Positions 9,901 through 22,000 of a DNA stretch of 64,000 bases are shown here, piece after piece. Source of the stretch: Eledone cirrhosa (taxonomy: Eukaryota); the NCBI GenBank assembly GCA_964016885.1, contig OZ024744.1:131812001-131876000 (forward strand). The letters run 5' to 3'. A program made the translations under genes and the position numbers. The notes below the pieces were generated by a model that was given only the letters and a program-made list of their open reading frames with translations, did no database searches and was not told where the DNA came from. Every line of letters begins with the position of its first letter. Within the stretch, counting starts at the first letter, position 1.

Positions 9901-12900
9901 TTAAGTTGGGGTTAAATTAATTTGGGGTTAAGTTAAGTTGGGGTTTAGTTTAGTTGGGGTTAAGTTAAGTTGGGGTTAATTTAAGTTGGGGTTAAGTTAA
10001 GTTGCGGGTAATTTAAGTTGGGGTTAAGTTAAGTTAGGCTTAACTTAAGTTGGGGTTAAGTTAAGTTGGGGGTAAGTTAAGTTCTGGGTAAGTTAAGTTG
10101 GGGTTAAGTTGGGGTTAAGTTAAGTTAGGGTTAAGTTAAGTTGGGGTTGAGTTAAGTTGGGGTTAATTTAGTTGGGGTTAAGTTAAGTTGGGGCTAAGTT
10201 AAGTTGGGGCTAAGTTAAGTTGGGGTTAAGTTAAGTTGGGGTTAAGTTAAGTTGGGGTTAATTTAAATTGGGGTTAAGTTAACTTTGTGGTTAAGTTAAG
10301 TTGGGGTTAAGTTAAGTTGGGGTTGAGTTAAGTTGGGGTTGAGTGAAGTTGGGGTTAAGTTAAGTTGGGGTTAAGTTAAGTTGGCGTTAAGTTAAGTTGA
10401 GGTTGAGTTAAGTTGAGGTTGAGTTAATTTAGGGTTAAGTTAAGTTGGGGTTAAGTTAAGTTGGGTTTAAGTTGAGTTGGGGTTAAATTAAGTTGGGGTT
10501 AAATTAAGTTGGGGTTAAGTTAAGTTGGGGGTAAGTTAAGTTGGGGTTAAGTTAAGTTGGGGTTAATTTAAGTTGGGGTCAAGTTAAGTTGGGGTTAAAA
10601 TTAAGTTGGGGTTAAGTCAAGTTGGGGTTAAGTTAAGTTGGTGTTAAGTTAAGTTGGGGCTAAGATAAGTTGGGGTTGAGTTAAGTTGGGGTTAATTTAA
10701 ATTGGGGTTAAGTTAACTTTGTGGTTAAGTTAAGTTGGGGTTAAGTTAAGTTGGGGTTAAGTTAAGTTGGGGTTGAGTTAAGTTGGGGTTGAGTGAAGTT
10801 GGGGTTAAGTTTAGTTGGGGTTAAGTTAAGTTGGCGTTAAGTTAAGTTGGGGTTGAGTTAAGTTGGGGTTGAGTTAATTTAGGGTTAAGTTAAGTTGGGG
10901 TTAAGTTAAGTTGGGTTTAAGGTAAGTTGGGGTTAAGTTAAGTTGGGGGTAAGTTAAGTTGGGGTTAATTAAGTTGGGGTTAAGTTAAGTTGGGGTTAAG
11001 TTAAGTTGGGGTCAAGTTAAGTTGGGGTTAAAATTAAGTTGGGGTTAAGTCAAGTTGGGGTTAAGTTAAGTTGGGGTTAATTTAGTTGGGGTTAAGTTAA
11101 GTTGGGGCTAAGTTAAGTTGGGGCTAAGTTAAGTTGGGGCTAAGTTAAGTTGGGGTTAAGTTAAGTTGGGGTTAAGTTAAGGTGGGGTTAATTTAAGTTG
11201 GGGTCAACTTAAATTGGGGTTAAGTTAAGTTGGGGTTAAGTTAAGTTGGGGTTAAGTTAAGTTGGGGTTAATTTAAGTTGGTGTTAAGTTAAGTTGGGGC
11301 TAAGTTAAGTTGGGGCTGAGTTAAGTTGGGGCTGAGTTAAGTTGGGGTTAAGTTAAGTTGGGGTTGAGTTAAGTTGGGGTTAAGTTAAGTTGGGGTTAAG
11401 TTATGTTGGGGTTAAGTTAAGTTGGGGTTGAGTTAAGTTGGGGTAAAGTTAAGTTGGGGTTAAGTTAAGTTGGGGTTCAGTTAATTTGGGGTTAAGTTAA
11501 GTTGGGGTTAAGATGGGGTTAAATTATGTTGGGGTTAAGTTAAGTTGGGGTTAAGTTAAGTTGGGGTTCAGTTAAGTTGGGGTTAAGTTAAGTTGGGGTT
11601 AAGATGGGGTTAAATTAAGTTGGGGTTAAGTTAAGTTGGGGTTAAGTTAAGTCGGGGTTAAGTTAAGTCGGGGTTAAGTTAAGTTAGGGTTAATTTAAGT
11701 TGGAGTTGAGTTATGTTGGGGTTAAGTTAAGTTGGGGTTAAGTTAAGTTGCAGTTAATTTAAGTTGAGGTTAAGTTAAGTTGGGGTTAAGTTAAGTTGGG
11801 GTTAAGTTAAGTTGAGGCTAAGTTAATTTGGGGCTAAGTTAAGTTGGGGCTAAGTTAAGTTGGGGTTCAGTTAAGTTGGGGTTAAGTTAAGTTTGGGTTA
11901 AGTTGGGGTTAAATTAAGTTGGGGTTAAGTTAAGTTGGGGTTTAGTTAAGTTGGGGTTAAGTTAAGTTGGGGTTAATTTAAGTTGGGGTTAAGTTAAGTT
12001 GGGGTTAAGTTAAGTGGTGGTTATGTTAAGCTGGGGTTAAGTTAAGTTGGGGTTAATTTAAATTGGGGTTAAGTTAACTTTGTGGTTAAGTTAAGTGGGG
12101 GTTAAGTTAAGTTGGGGTTAAGTTAAGTTGGGGTTGAGTTAAGTTGGGGTTGAGTGAAGTTGGGGTTAAGTTAAGTTGGGGTTAATTTAAGTTGGGGTTA
12201 AGTTAAGTCGGGGTTACGTTAAGTTGGCGTTGAGTTAAGTTGGGGTTAATTTAAGTTGGGGATAAGTTAATTTGTGGTTAAGTTAAGTTGGGGTTAAGTT
12301 GGGGTTGAGTTAAGTTGGGGTTGAGTTAATTTAGGGTTAAGTTAAGTTGGGGTTAAGTTAAGTTGGGTTTAAGTTAAGTTGGGGTTAAATTAAGTTGGGG
12401 TTAAATTAAGTTGGGGTTAAGTTAGGTTGGGGGTAAGTTAAGTTGGGGGCAAGTTAAGTTGGGGTTAAGTTAAGTTGGGGTCAAATTAAGTTGGGGTTAA
12501 GTTAAGTTGGTGTTAAGTTAAGTTGGGGTTTATTTAAGTTGGGGTTAATTAAGTTGGGGATAAGTTAAGTTGGGGTTAAGTTAAGTTGGGGTTAATTTAA
12601 GTTGGGGTTGAGTTAAGTTGGGGTTAAGTTAAGTTGGGTTTATATTAAGTTGGGGTTAAGTTAAGTTGGGGTTAAGTTAAGTTGGGGTTCAGTTAAGTTG
12701 CGGTTAAGTTAAGTTGGGGTTAAGTTAAGTTGGGGTTAAGTTAAGTTGGGGTTAAGTTAAGTTGGTGTTAAGTTAAGTTGGGGCTAAGTTAAGTTGGGGC
12801 TGAGTTAAGTTGGGGCTGAGTTAAGTTGGGGTTAAGTTAAGTTGGGGTTGAGTTAAGTTGGGGTTAAGTTAAGTTGGGGTTAAGTTAAGTTGGGGTTTAG

Positions 12901-13062
12901 TTAAGTTGGGGTTCAGTTAAGTTGGGGTTAAGTTAAGTTTGGGTTAAGTTGGGGTTAAATTAATTTGGGGTTAAGTTAAGTTGGGGTTTAGTTTAGTTGG
13001 GGTTAAGTTAAGTTGGGGTTAATTTAAGTTGGGGTTAAGTTAAGTTGCGGGTAATTTAAGTT
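6977..13062 (+). repeat. Tandem duplication with a 3043-bp unit (about 6977-10019 / about 10020-13062)
   Basis: Offset is 3043 for aggcttaac 6993/10036, ctaaGataag 7621/10664 and gttgcgggta 10001/13044. A few substitutions distinguish the copies. Confidence 0.93.
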
Positions 13063-16000
13063 GGGGTTAAGTTAAGTTGGGGTTAAGTTAAGTTGGGGTT
13101 AAGTTAAGTTGGGGTTAAGTTAAGCTGGGGGTAAGTTAAGTTGGGGGTAAGTTAAGTTGGGGGTAAGTTAAGTTGGGGTTAAGTTGAGATAGGGTTAAGT
13201 TAAGTTGGGGTTGAGTTAAGTTGGGGTTAAGTTAAGTTGGGGTTACGTTAAGTTGGGGTTAAGTTAAGTTGCGGTTAAGTTAAGTTGGGGTTAAGTTAAG
13301 TTGGGGTTAAGTTAAATGGGGGTTCAGTTAAGTTGGGGTTAAGTTAAGTTGGGGTTAAGTTAAGTTGGGGTTAAGTTAGATTGTGGTTAACTTAAGTTGG
13401 GGTTAAGTTAAGTTGGGGTTAAGTTACGTTGGGGTTAAGTTAAGTTGGGGTTAAGTTAAGTTGGGGTTAAGTTGGGGTTAAGTTAAGTTAGGGTTAAGTT
13501 AAGTTGGGGTTGAGTTAAGTTGGGGTTAAGTTAAGTGGTGGTTATGTTAAGTTGGGGTTAAGTTAAGTTGGGGTTAATTTAAAATGGGGTTAAGTTAACT
13601 TTGTGGTTAAGTTAAGTTGGGGTTAAGTTAAGTTGGGGTTAATTTAAGTTGGGGTTGAGTTAAGTTGGGGTTGAGTGAAGTTGGGGTTAAGTTAAGTTGG
13701 GGTTAAGTTAAGTTGGGGTTAAGTTAAGTTGGGGTTAAGTTGGGTTTAAGTTAAGTTGGGGTTAAATTAAGTTGGGGTTAAATTAAGTTGGGGTTAATTT
13801 AAGTTGGGGGTAAGTTAAGTTGGGGTTAAGTTAAGTTGGGGTTAAGTTAAGTTGGGGTTAAGTTAGGTTGGGGTCAAGTTAAGTTGGGGTTAAGTTAAGT
13901 TGGGGTTAAGTTAAGTTGGGGTTAATTTAGTTGGGGTTAAGTTAAGTTGGGGCTAAGTTAAGTTGGGGCTAAGTTAAGTTGGGGCTAAGTTAAGTTGGGG
14001 TTAAGTTAAGTTGGGGTTAAGTTAAGTTGGGGTTAAGTTAAGTTGGGGTTAAGTTAAGTTGGTGTTAAATTAAGTTGGGGCTAAGTTAAGTTGAGGCTGA
14101 GTTAAGTTGGGGCTGAGTTAAGTTGGGGTTAAATTAAGTTGGGGTTGAGTTAAGTCGGGGTTAAGTTAAGTTGGGGTTAAGTTAAGTTGGGGTTAAGTTA
14201 AGTTGGGGTTAAGTTAAGTTGGGGTTGAGTTAAGTTGGGGTTAAGTTAAGTTGGGGTTAAGTTAAGTTGGGGTTCAGTTAAGTTGGGGTTAAGTTAAGTT
14301 GGGGTTAAGATGGGGTTAAATTAAGTTGGGGTTTAGTTAAGTTGGGGTTAAGTTAAGTTGGGGTTAAGTTAAGTTGGGGTTAGGTTAAGTCGGGGTTAAG
14401 TTAAGTAGGGGTTAAGTTAACTTAGGGTTAAGTTAAGTTGGAGTTAAGTTAAGTTGGGGTTGATTTAAGTTGGGGTTGAGTTAAATTAGGGTGGAGTTAA
14501 GTTGGGGTTAAGTTAAGTTGGGGTTGAGTTAAGTCGGGGTTAAGTTAAGTTGGGGTTAAGTTAAGTTGCAGTTAAGTTAAGTTGAGGTTAAGTTAAGTTG
14601 GGGTTAAGTTAAGTTGGGGTTAAATTAAGTTTGGGTTAAGTTGGGGTTAAATTAAGTTGGGGTTAAGTTAAGTTGGGGTTTAGTTAAGTTGGGGTTAAGT
14701 TAAGTTGGGGTTAAGTCAAGTTGGGGTTAAGTCAAGTTGGGGTTAAGTAAAGTTGGGGTTCAGTCAAGTTGGGGTTAAGTTAAGTTGGGGTTAAGTTAAG
14801 TTGGGGTTAAGTTAAGTTGGGCGTAAGTTAAGTTGGGTGTAAGTTAAGTTGGGGTTAAGTTAAGTTGGGGTTAAGTTAAGTTGGGGTTAATTTAAGTTGG
14901 GGTTAAGTTAAGTTGGGGTTAAGTTAAGTGGTGGTTATGTTAAGTTGGGGTTAAGTTAATTTGGGGTTAATTTAAATTGGGGTTAAGTTAACTTTGTGGT
15001 TAAGTTAAGTTGGGGTTAAGTTAAGTTGGGGTTAAGTTAAGTTGGGGTTGAGTTAATTGGGGTTGAGTGAAGTTGGGGTTAAGTTAAGTTGGGGTTAATT
15101 TAAGTTGGGGTTAAGTTAAGTCGGGGGTAAGTTAAGTTGGGGTTGAGTTAAGTTGGGGTTAAGTTAAGTTGGGGTTAAGTTAAGATAGGGTTAAGTTAAG
15201 TTGGGGTTGAGTTAAGTTGGGGTTAAGTTAAGTTGGGGTTACGTTAAGTTGGGGTTAAGTTAAGTTGCGGTTAAGTTAAGTTGGGGTTAAGTTAAGTTGG
15301 GGTTAAGTTAAATGGGGGTTCAGTTAATTTGGGGTTAAGTTAAGTTGGGGTTAAGTTAAGTTGGGGTTAAGTTAGATTGTGGTTAAGTTAAGTTGGGGTT
15401 AAGTTAAGTTGGGGTTAAGTTACGTTGGGGTTACGTTAAGTTGGGGTTAAGTTAAGTTGGGGTTAAGTTGGGGTTAAGTTAAGTTAGGGTTAAGTTAAGT
15501 TGGGGTTAAGTTAGATTGTGGTTAAGTTAAGTTGGGGTTAAGTTAAGTTGGGGTTAAGTTAAGTTGGGGTTAAGTTAGGTTGGGGTCAAGTTAAGTTGGG
15601 GTTAAGTTAAGTTGGGGTTAAGTTAAGTTGGGGTTAATTTAGTTGGGGTTAAGTTAAGTTGGGGCTAAGTTAAGTTGGGGCTAAGTTAAGTTGGGGCTAA
15701 GTTAAGTTGGGGTTAAGTTAAGTTGGGGTTAAGTTAAGTTGGGGTTAAGTTAAGTTGGGGTTAAGTTAAGTTGGTGTTAAATTAAGTTGGGGCTAAGTTA
15801 AGTTGAGGCTGAGTTAAGTTGGGGCTGAGTTAAGTTGGGGTTAAGTTAAGTTGGGGTTAAGTTAAGTCGTGGTTAAGTTAAGTAGGGGTTAAGTTAACTT
15901 AGGGTTAAGTTAAGTTGGAGTTAAGTTAAGTTGGGGTTGATTTAAGTTGGGGTTGAGTTAAATTAGGGTGGAGTTAAGTTGGGGTTGAGTTAAGTTGGTG

Positions 16001-19000
16001 TTGAGTTAACTTAGGGTTAAGTTAAGTTGGGGTTAAGTTAAGTTGCAGTTAAGTTAAGTTGAGGTTAAGTTAAGTTGGGGTTAAGTTAAGTTGGGGTTAA
16101 ATTAAGTTTGGGTTAAGTTGGGGTTAAATTAAGTTGGGGTTAAGTTAAGTTGGGGTTTAGTTAAGTTGGGGTTAAGTTAAGTTGGGGTTAAGTCAAGTTG
16201 GGGTTAAGTCAAGTTGGGGTTAAGTAAAGTTGGGGTTCAGTCAAGTTGGGGTTAAGTTAAGTTGGGGTTAAGTTAAGTTGGGGTTAAGTTAAGTTGGGCG
16301 TAAGTTAAGTTGGGTGTAAGTTAAGTTGGGGTTAAGTTAAGTTGGGGTTAAGTTAAGTTGGGGTTAATTTAAGGTGGGGTTAAGTTAAGTTGGGGTTAAG
16401 TTAAGTGGTGGTTATGTTAAGTTGGGGTTAAGTTAAGTTGGGGTTAATTTAAATTGGGGTTAAGTTAACTTTGTGGTTAAGTTAAGTTGGGGTTAAGTTA
16501 AGTTGGGGTTAAGTTAAGTTGGGGTTGAGTTAATTGGGGTTGAGTGAAGTTGGGGTTAAGTTAAGTTGGGGTTAATTTAAGTTGGGGTTAAGTTAAGTCG
16601 GGGTTAAGTTAAGTTGGGGTTGAGTTAAGTTGGGGTTAATTTAAGTTGGGGCTAATTTAATTTGTGGTTAAGTTGGGGTTAAGTTAAGTTGGGGTTAAGT
16701 TAAGTTGGGGTTGAGTTAAGTTGGGGTTGAGTTAATTTAGGGTTCAGTTAAGTTGGGGTTAAGTTAAGTTGGGTTTAAGTTAAGTTGGGGTTAAATTAAG
16801 TTGGGGTTAAGTTAAGTTGGGGGTAAGTTAAGTTGGGAGCAAGTTAAGTTGGGGTTAAGTTAAGTTGGGGTTAAATTAAGTTGGGGTTAAGTTAAGTTGG
16901 TGTTAAGTTAAGTTGGGGTTTATTTAAGTTGGGGTTAATTAAGTTGGGGTTAAGTTAAGTTGGGGTTAAGTTAAGTTGGGGTTAATTTAAGTTGGGGTTG
17001 AGTTAAGTTGGGGTTAAGTTAAATGGGTTTATATTAAGTTGGGGTTAAGTTAAGTTGGGGTTAAGTTAAGTTGGGGTTCAGTTAAGTTGCGGTTAATTTA
17101 AGTTGGGGTTAAGTTAAGTTGGGGTTAAGTTAAGTTGGGGTTAAGTTTAGTTGCGGCTAAGTTAAGTTGGGGTTAAGTTAAGTTGGTGTTAAGTTAAGTT
17201 GGGGCTAAGTTAAGTTGGGGCTGAGTTAAGTTGGGGCTGAGTTAAGTTGGGGTTCAGTTAAGTTGGGGTTGAGTTAAGTTGGGGTTAAGTTGGGGTTAAG
17301 TTAAGTTGGGGTTAAGTTAAGTTGGGGGTAAGTTAAGTTGGGGTTAAGTTAAGTTGGGGTTAAGTTAAGTTGGGGTCAAGTTAAGTTGGGGTTAAAATTA
17401 AGTTGGGGTTAAGTCAAGTTGGGGTTAAGTTAAGTTGGTGTTAAGTTAAGTTGGGGCTAAGATAAGTTGGGGTTGAGTTAAGTTGGGGTTAATTTAAATT
17501 GGGGTTAAGTTAACTTTGTGGTTAAGTTAAGTTGGGGTTAAGTTAAGTTGGGGTTAAGTTAAGTTGGGGTTGAGTTAAGTTGGGGTTGAGTGAAGTTGGG
17601 GTTAAGTTAAGTTGGGGTTAAGTTAAGTTGGCGTTAAGTTAAGTTGGGGTTGAGTTAAGTTGGGGTTGAGTTAATTTAGGGTTAAGTTAAGTTGGGGTTA
17701 AGTTAAGTTGGGTTTAAGGTAAGTTGGGGTTAAGTTAAGTTGGGGGTAAGTTAAGTTGGGGTTAATTAAGTTGGGGTTAAGTTAAGTTGGGGTTAAGTTA
17801 AGTTGGGGTCAAGTTAAGTTGGGGTTAAAATTAAGTTGGGGTTAAGTCAAGTTGGGGTTAAGTTAAGTTGGGGTTAATTTAGTTAGGGTTAAGTTAAGTT
17901 GGGGCTAAGTTAAGTTGGGGCTAAGTTAAGTTGGGGCTAACTTAAGTTGGGGTTAAGTTAAGTTGGGGTTAAGTTAAGGTTGGGTTAATTTAAGTTGGGG
18001 TCAACTTAAATTGGGGTTAAGTTAAGTTGGGGTTAAGTTAAGTTGGGGTTAAGTTAAGTTGGGGTTAAGTTAAGTTGGGGTTAAATTAAGTTGGTGTTAA
18101 GTTAAGTTGGGGCTAAGTTAAGTTGGGGCTGAGTTAAGTTGGGGCTGAGTTAAGTTGGGGTTAAGTTAAGTTGGGGTTGAGTTAAGTTGGGGTTAAGTTA
18201 AGTTGGGGTTAAGTTAAGTTGGGGTTAAGTTAAGTTGGGGTTGAGTTAAGTTGGGGTTAAGTTAAGTTGGGGTTAAGTTAAGTTGGGGTTCAGTTAATTT
18301 GGGGTTAAGTTAAGTTGGGGTTAAGATGGGGTTAAATTATGTTGGGGTTAAGTTAAGTTGGGGTTAAGTTAAGTTGGGGTTCAGTTAAGTTGGGGTTAAG
18401 TTAAGTTGGGGTTAAGATGGGGTTAAATTAAGTTGGGGTTAAGTTAAGTTGGGGTTAAGTTAAGTCGGGGTTAAGTTAAGTCGGGGTTAAGTTAAGTTAG
18501 GGTTAATTTAAGTTGGAGTTGAGTTATGTTGGGGTTAAGTTAAGTTGGGGTTAAGTTAAGTTGCAGTTAATTTAAGTTGAGGTTAAGTTAAGTTGGGGTT
18601 AAGTTAAGTTGGGGTTAAGTTAAGTTGAGGCTAAGTTAAGTTGGGGCTAAGTTAAGTTGGGGCTAAGTTAAGTTGGGGTTCAGTTAAGTTGGGGCTAAGT
18701 TAAGTTTTGGTTAAGTTGGGGTTAAATTAAGTTGGGGTTAAGTTAAGTTGGGGTTTAGTTAAGTTGGGGTTAAGTTAAGTTGGGGTTAATTTAAGTTGGG
18801 GTTAAGTTAAGTTGGGGTTAAGTTAAGTGGTGGTTATGTTAAGCTGGGGTTAAGTTAAGTTGGGGTTAATTTAAATTGGGGTTAAGTTAACTTTGTGGTT
18901 AAGTTAAGATGGGGTTAAGTTAAGTTGGGGTTAATTTAAGTTGGGGTTGAGTTAAGTTGGGGTTGAGTGAAGTTGGGGTTAAGTTAATTTGGGGTTAAGT

Positions 19001-22000
19001 TAAGTTGGGGTTTAGTTAAGTTGGGGTTCAGTTAAGGTGGGGTTAAGTTAAGTTTGGGTTAAGTTGGGGTTAAATTAATTTGGGGTTAAGTTAAGTTGGG
19101 GTTTAGTTTAGTTGGGGTTAAGTTAAGTTGGGGTTAAGTTAAGTGGGGGTTAAGTTAAGTTGGGGTTAAGTTAAGTTGGGGTTGAGTTAAGTTGGGGTAA
19201 AGTGAAGTTGGGGTTAAGTTAAGTTGGGGTTAATTTAAGTTGGGGTTAAGTTAAGTCGGGGTTACGTTAAGTTGGCGTTGAGTTAAGTTGGGGTTAATTT
19301 AAGTTGGGGCTAAGTTAATTTGTGGTTAAGTTAAGTTGGGGTTAAGTTGGGGTTGAGTTAAGTTGGGGTTGAGTTAATTTAGGGTTAAGTTAAGTTGGGG
19401 TTAAGTTAAGTTGGGTTTAAGTTAAGTTGGGGTTAAATTAAGTTGGGGTTAAATTAAGTTGGGGTTAAGTTAGGTTGGGGGTAAGTTAAGTTGGGGGTAA
19501 GTTAAGTTGGGGTTAAGTTGAGATAGGGTTAAGTTAAGTTGGGGTTGAGTTAAGTTGGGGTTAAGTTAAGTTGGGGTTACGTTAAGTTGGGGTTAAGTTA
19601 AGTTGCGGTTAAGTTAAGTTGGGGTTAAGTTAAGTTGGGGTTAAGTTAAATGGGGGTTCAGTTAAGTTGGGGTTAAGTTAAGTTGGGGTTAAGTTAAGTT
19701 GGGGTTAAGTTAGATTGTGATTAACTTAAGTTGGGGTTAAGTTAAGTTGGGGTTAAGTTACGTTGGGGTTAAGTTAAGTTGGGGTTAAGTTAAGTTGGGG
19801 TTAAGTTGGGGTTAAGTTAAGTTAGGGTTAAGTTAAGTTGGGGTTGAGTTAAGTTGGGGTTAAGTTAAGTGGTGGTTATGTTAAGTTGGGGTTAAGTTAA
19901 GTTGGGGTTAATTTAAAATGGGGTTAAGTTAACTTTGTGGTTAAGTTAAGTTGGGGTTAAGTTAAGTTGGGGTTAATTTAAGTTGGGGTTGAGTTAAGTT
20001 GGGGTTGAGTGAAGTTGGGGTTAAGTTAAGTTGGGGTTAAGTTAAGTTGGGGTTAAGTTAAGTTGGGGTTAAGTTGGGTTTAAGTTAAGTTGGGGTTAAA
20101 TTAAGTTGGGGTTAAATTAAGTTGGGGTTAAGTTAAGTTGGGGGTAAGTTAAGTTGGGGTTAAGTTAAGTTGGGGTTAAGTTAAGTTGGGGTTAAGTTAG
20201 GTTGGGGTCAAGTTAAGTTGGGGTTAAGTTAAGTTGGGGTTAAGTTAAGTTGGGGTTAATTTAAATTGGGGTTAAGTTAACTTTGTGGTTAAGTTAAGTT
20301 GGGGTTAAGTTAAGTTGGGGTTAAGTTAAGTTGGGGTTGAGTTAATTGGGGTTGAGTGAAGTTGGGGTTAAGTTAAGTTGGGGTTAATTTAAGTTGGGGT
20401 TAAGTTAAGTCGGGGTTAAGTTAAGTTGGGGTTGAGTTAAGTTGGGGTTAAGTTAAGTTGGGGTTGAGTTAAGATAGGGTTAAGTTAAGTTGGGGGTGAG
20501 TTAAGTTGGGGTTAAGTTAAGTTGGGGTTACGTTAAGTTGGGGTTAAGTTAAGTTGCGGTTAAGTTAAGTTGGGGTTAAGTTAAGTTGGGGTTAAGTTAA
20601 ATGGGGGTTCAGTTAAGTTGGGGTTAAGTTAAGTTGGGGTTAAGTTAAGTTGGGATTAAGTTAGATTGTGGTTAACTTAAGTTGGGGTTAAGTTAAGTTG
20701 GGGTTAAGTTACGTTGGGTTTAAGTTAAGTTGGGGTTAAGTTAAGTTGGGGTTAAGTTGGGGTTAAGTTAAGTTAGGGTTAAGTTAAGTTGGGGTTGAGT
20801 TAAGTTGGGGTTAAGTTAAGTGGTGGTTATGTTAAGTTGGGGTTAAGTTAAGTTGGGGTTAATTTAAAATGGGGTTAAGTTAACTTTGTGGTTAAGTTAA
20901 GTTGGGGTTAAGTTAAGTTGGGGTTAATTTAAGTTGGGGTTGAGTTAAGTTGGGGTTGAGTGAAGTTGGGGTTAAGTTAAGTTGGGGTTAAGTTAAGTTG
21001 GGGTTAAGTTAAGTTGGGGTTAAGTTGGGTTTAAGTTAAGTTGGGGTTAAATTAAGTTGGGGTTAAATTAAGTTGGGGTTAAGTTAAGTTGGGGGTAAGT
21101 TAAGTTGGGGTTAAGTTAAGTTGGGGTTAAGTTAAGTTGGGGTTAAGTTAGGTTGGGGTCAAGTTAAGTTGGGGTTAAGTTAAGTTGGGGTTAATTTAAA
21201 TTGGGGTTAAGTTAACTTTGTGGTTAAGTTAAGTTGGGGTTAAGTTAAGTTGGGGTTAAGTTAAGTTGGGGTTGAGTTAATTGGGGTTGAGTGAAGTTGG
21301 GGTTAAGTTAAGTTGGGGTTAATTTAAGTTGGGGTTAAGTTAAGTCGGGGTTAAGTTAAGTTGGGGTTGAGTTAAGTTGGGGTTAAGTTAAGTTGGGGTT
21401 AAGTTAAGATAGGGTTAAGTTAAGTTGGGGGTGAGTTAAGTTGGGGTTAAGTTAAGTTGGGGTTACGTTAAGTTGGGGTTAAGTTAAGTTGCGGTTAAGT
21501 TAAGTTGGGGTTAAGTTAAGTTGGGGTTAAGTTAAATGGGGGTTCAGTTAAGTTGGGGTTAAGTTAAGTTGGGGTTAAGTTAAGTTGGGGTTAAGTTAGA
21601 TTGTGGTTAAGTTAAGTTGGGGTTAAGTTAAGTTGGGGTTAAGTTACGTTGGGGTTACGTTAAGTTGGGGTTAAGTTAAGTTGGGGTTAAGTTGGGGTTA
21701 AGTTAAGTTAGGGTTAAGTTAAGTTGGGGTTAAGTTAGATTGTGGTTAAGTTAAGTTGGGGTTAAGTTAAGTTGGGGTTAAGTTAAGTTGGGGTTAAGTT
21801 AGGTTGGGGTCAAGTTAAGTTGGGGTTAAGTTAAGTTGGGGTTAAGTTAAGTTGGGGTTAATTTAGTTGGGGTTAAGTTAAGTTGGGGCTAAGTTAAGTT
21901 GGGGCTAAGTTAAGTTGGGGCTAAGTTAAGTTGGGGTTAAGTTAAGTTGGGGTTAAGTTAAGTTGGGGTTAAGTTAAGTTGGGGTTAAGTTAAGTTGGTG

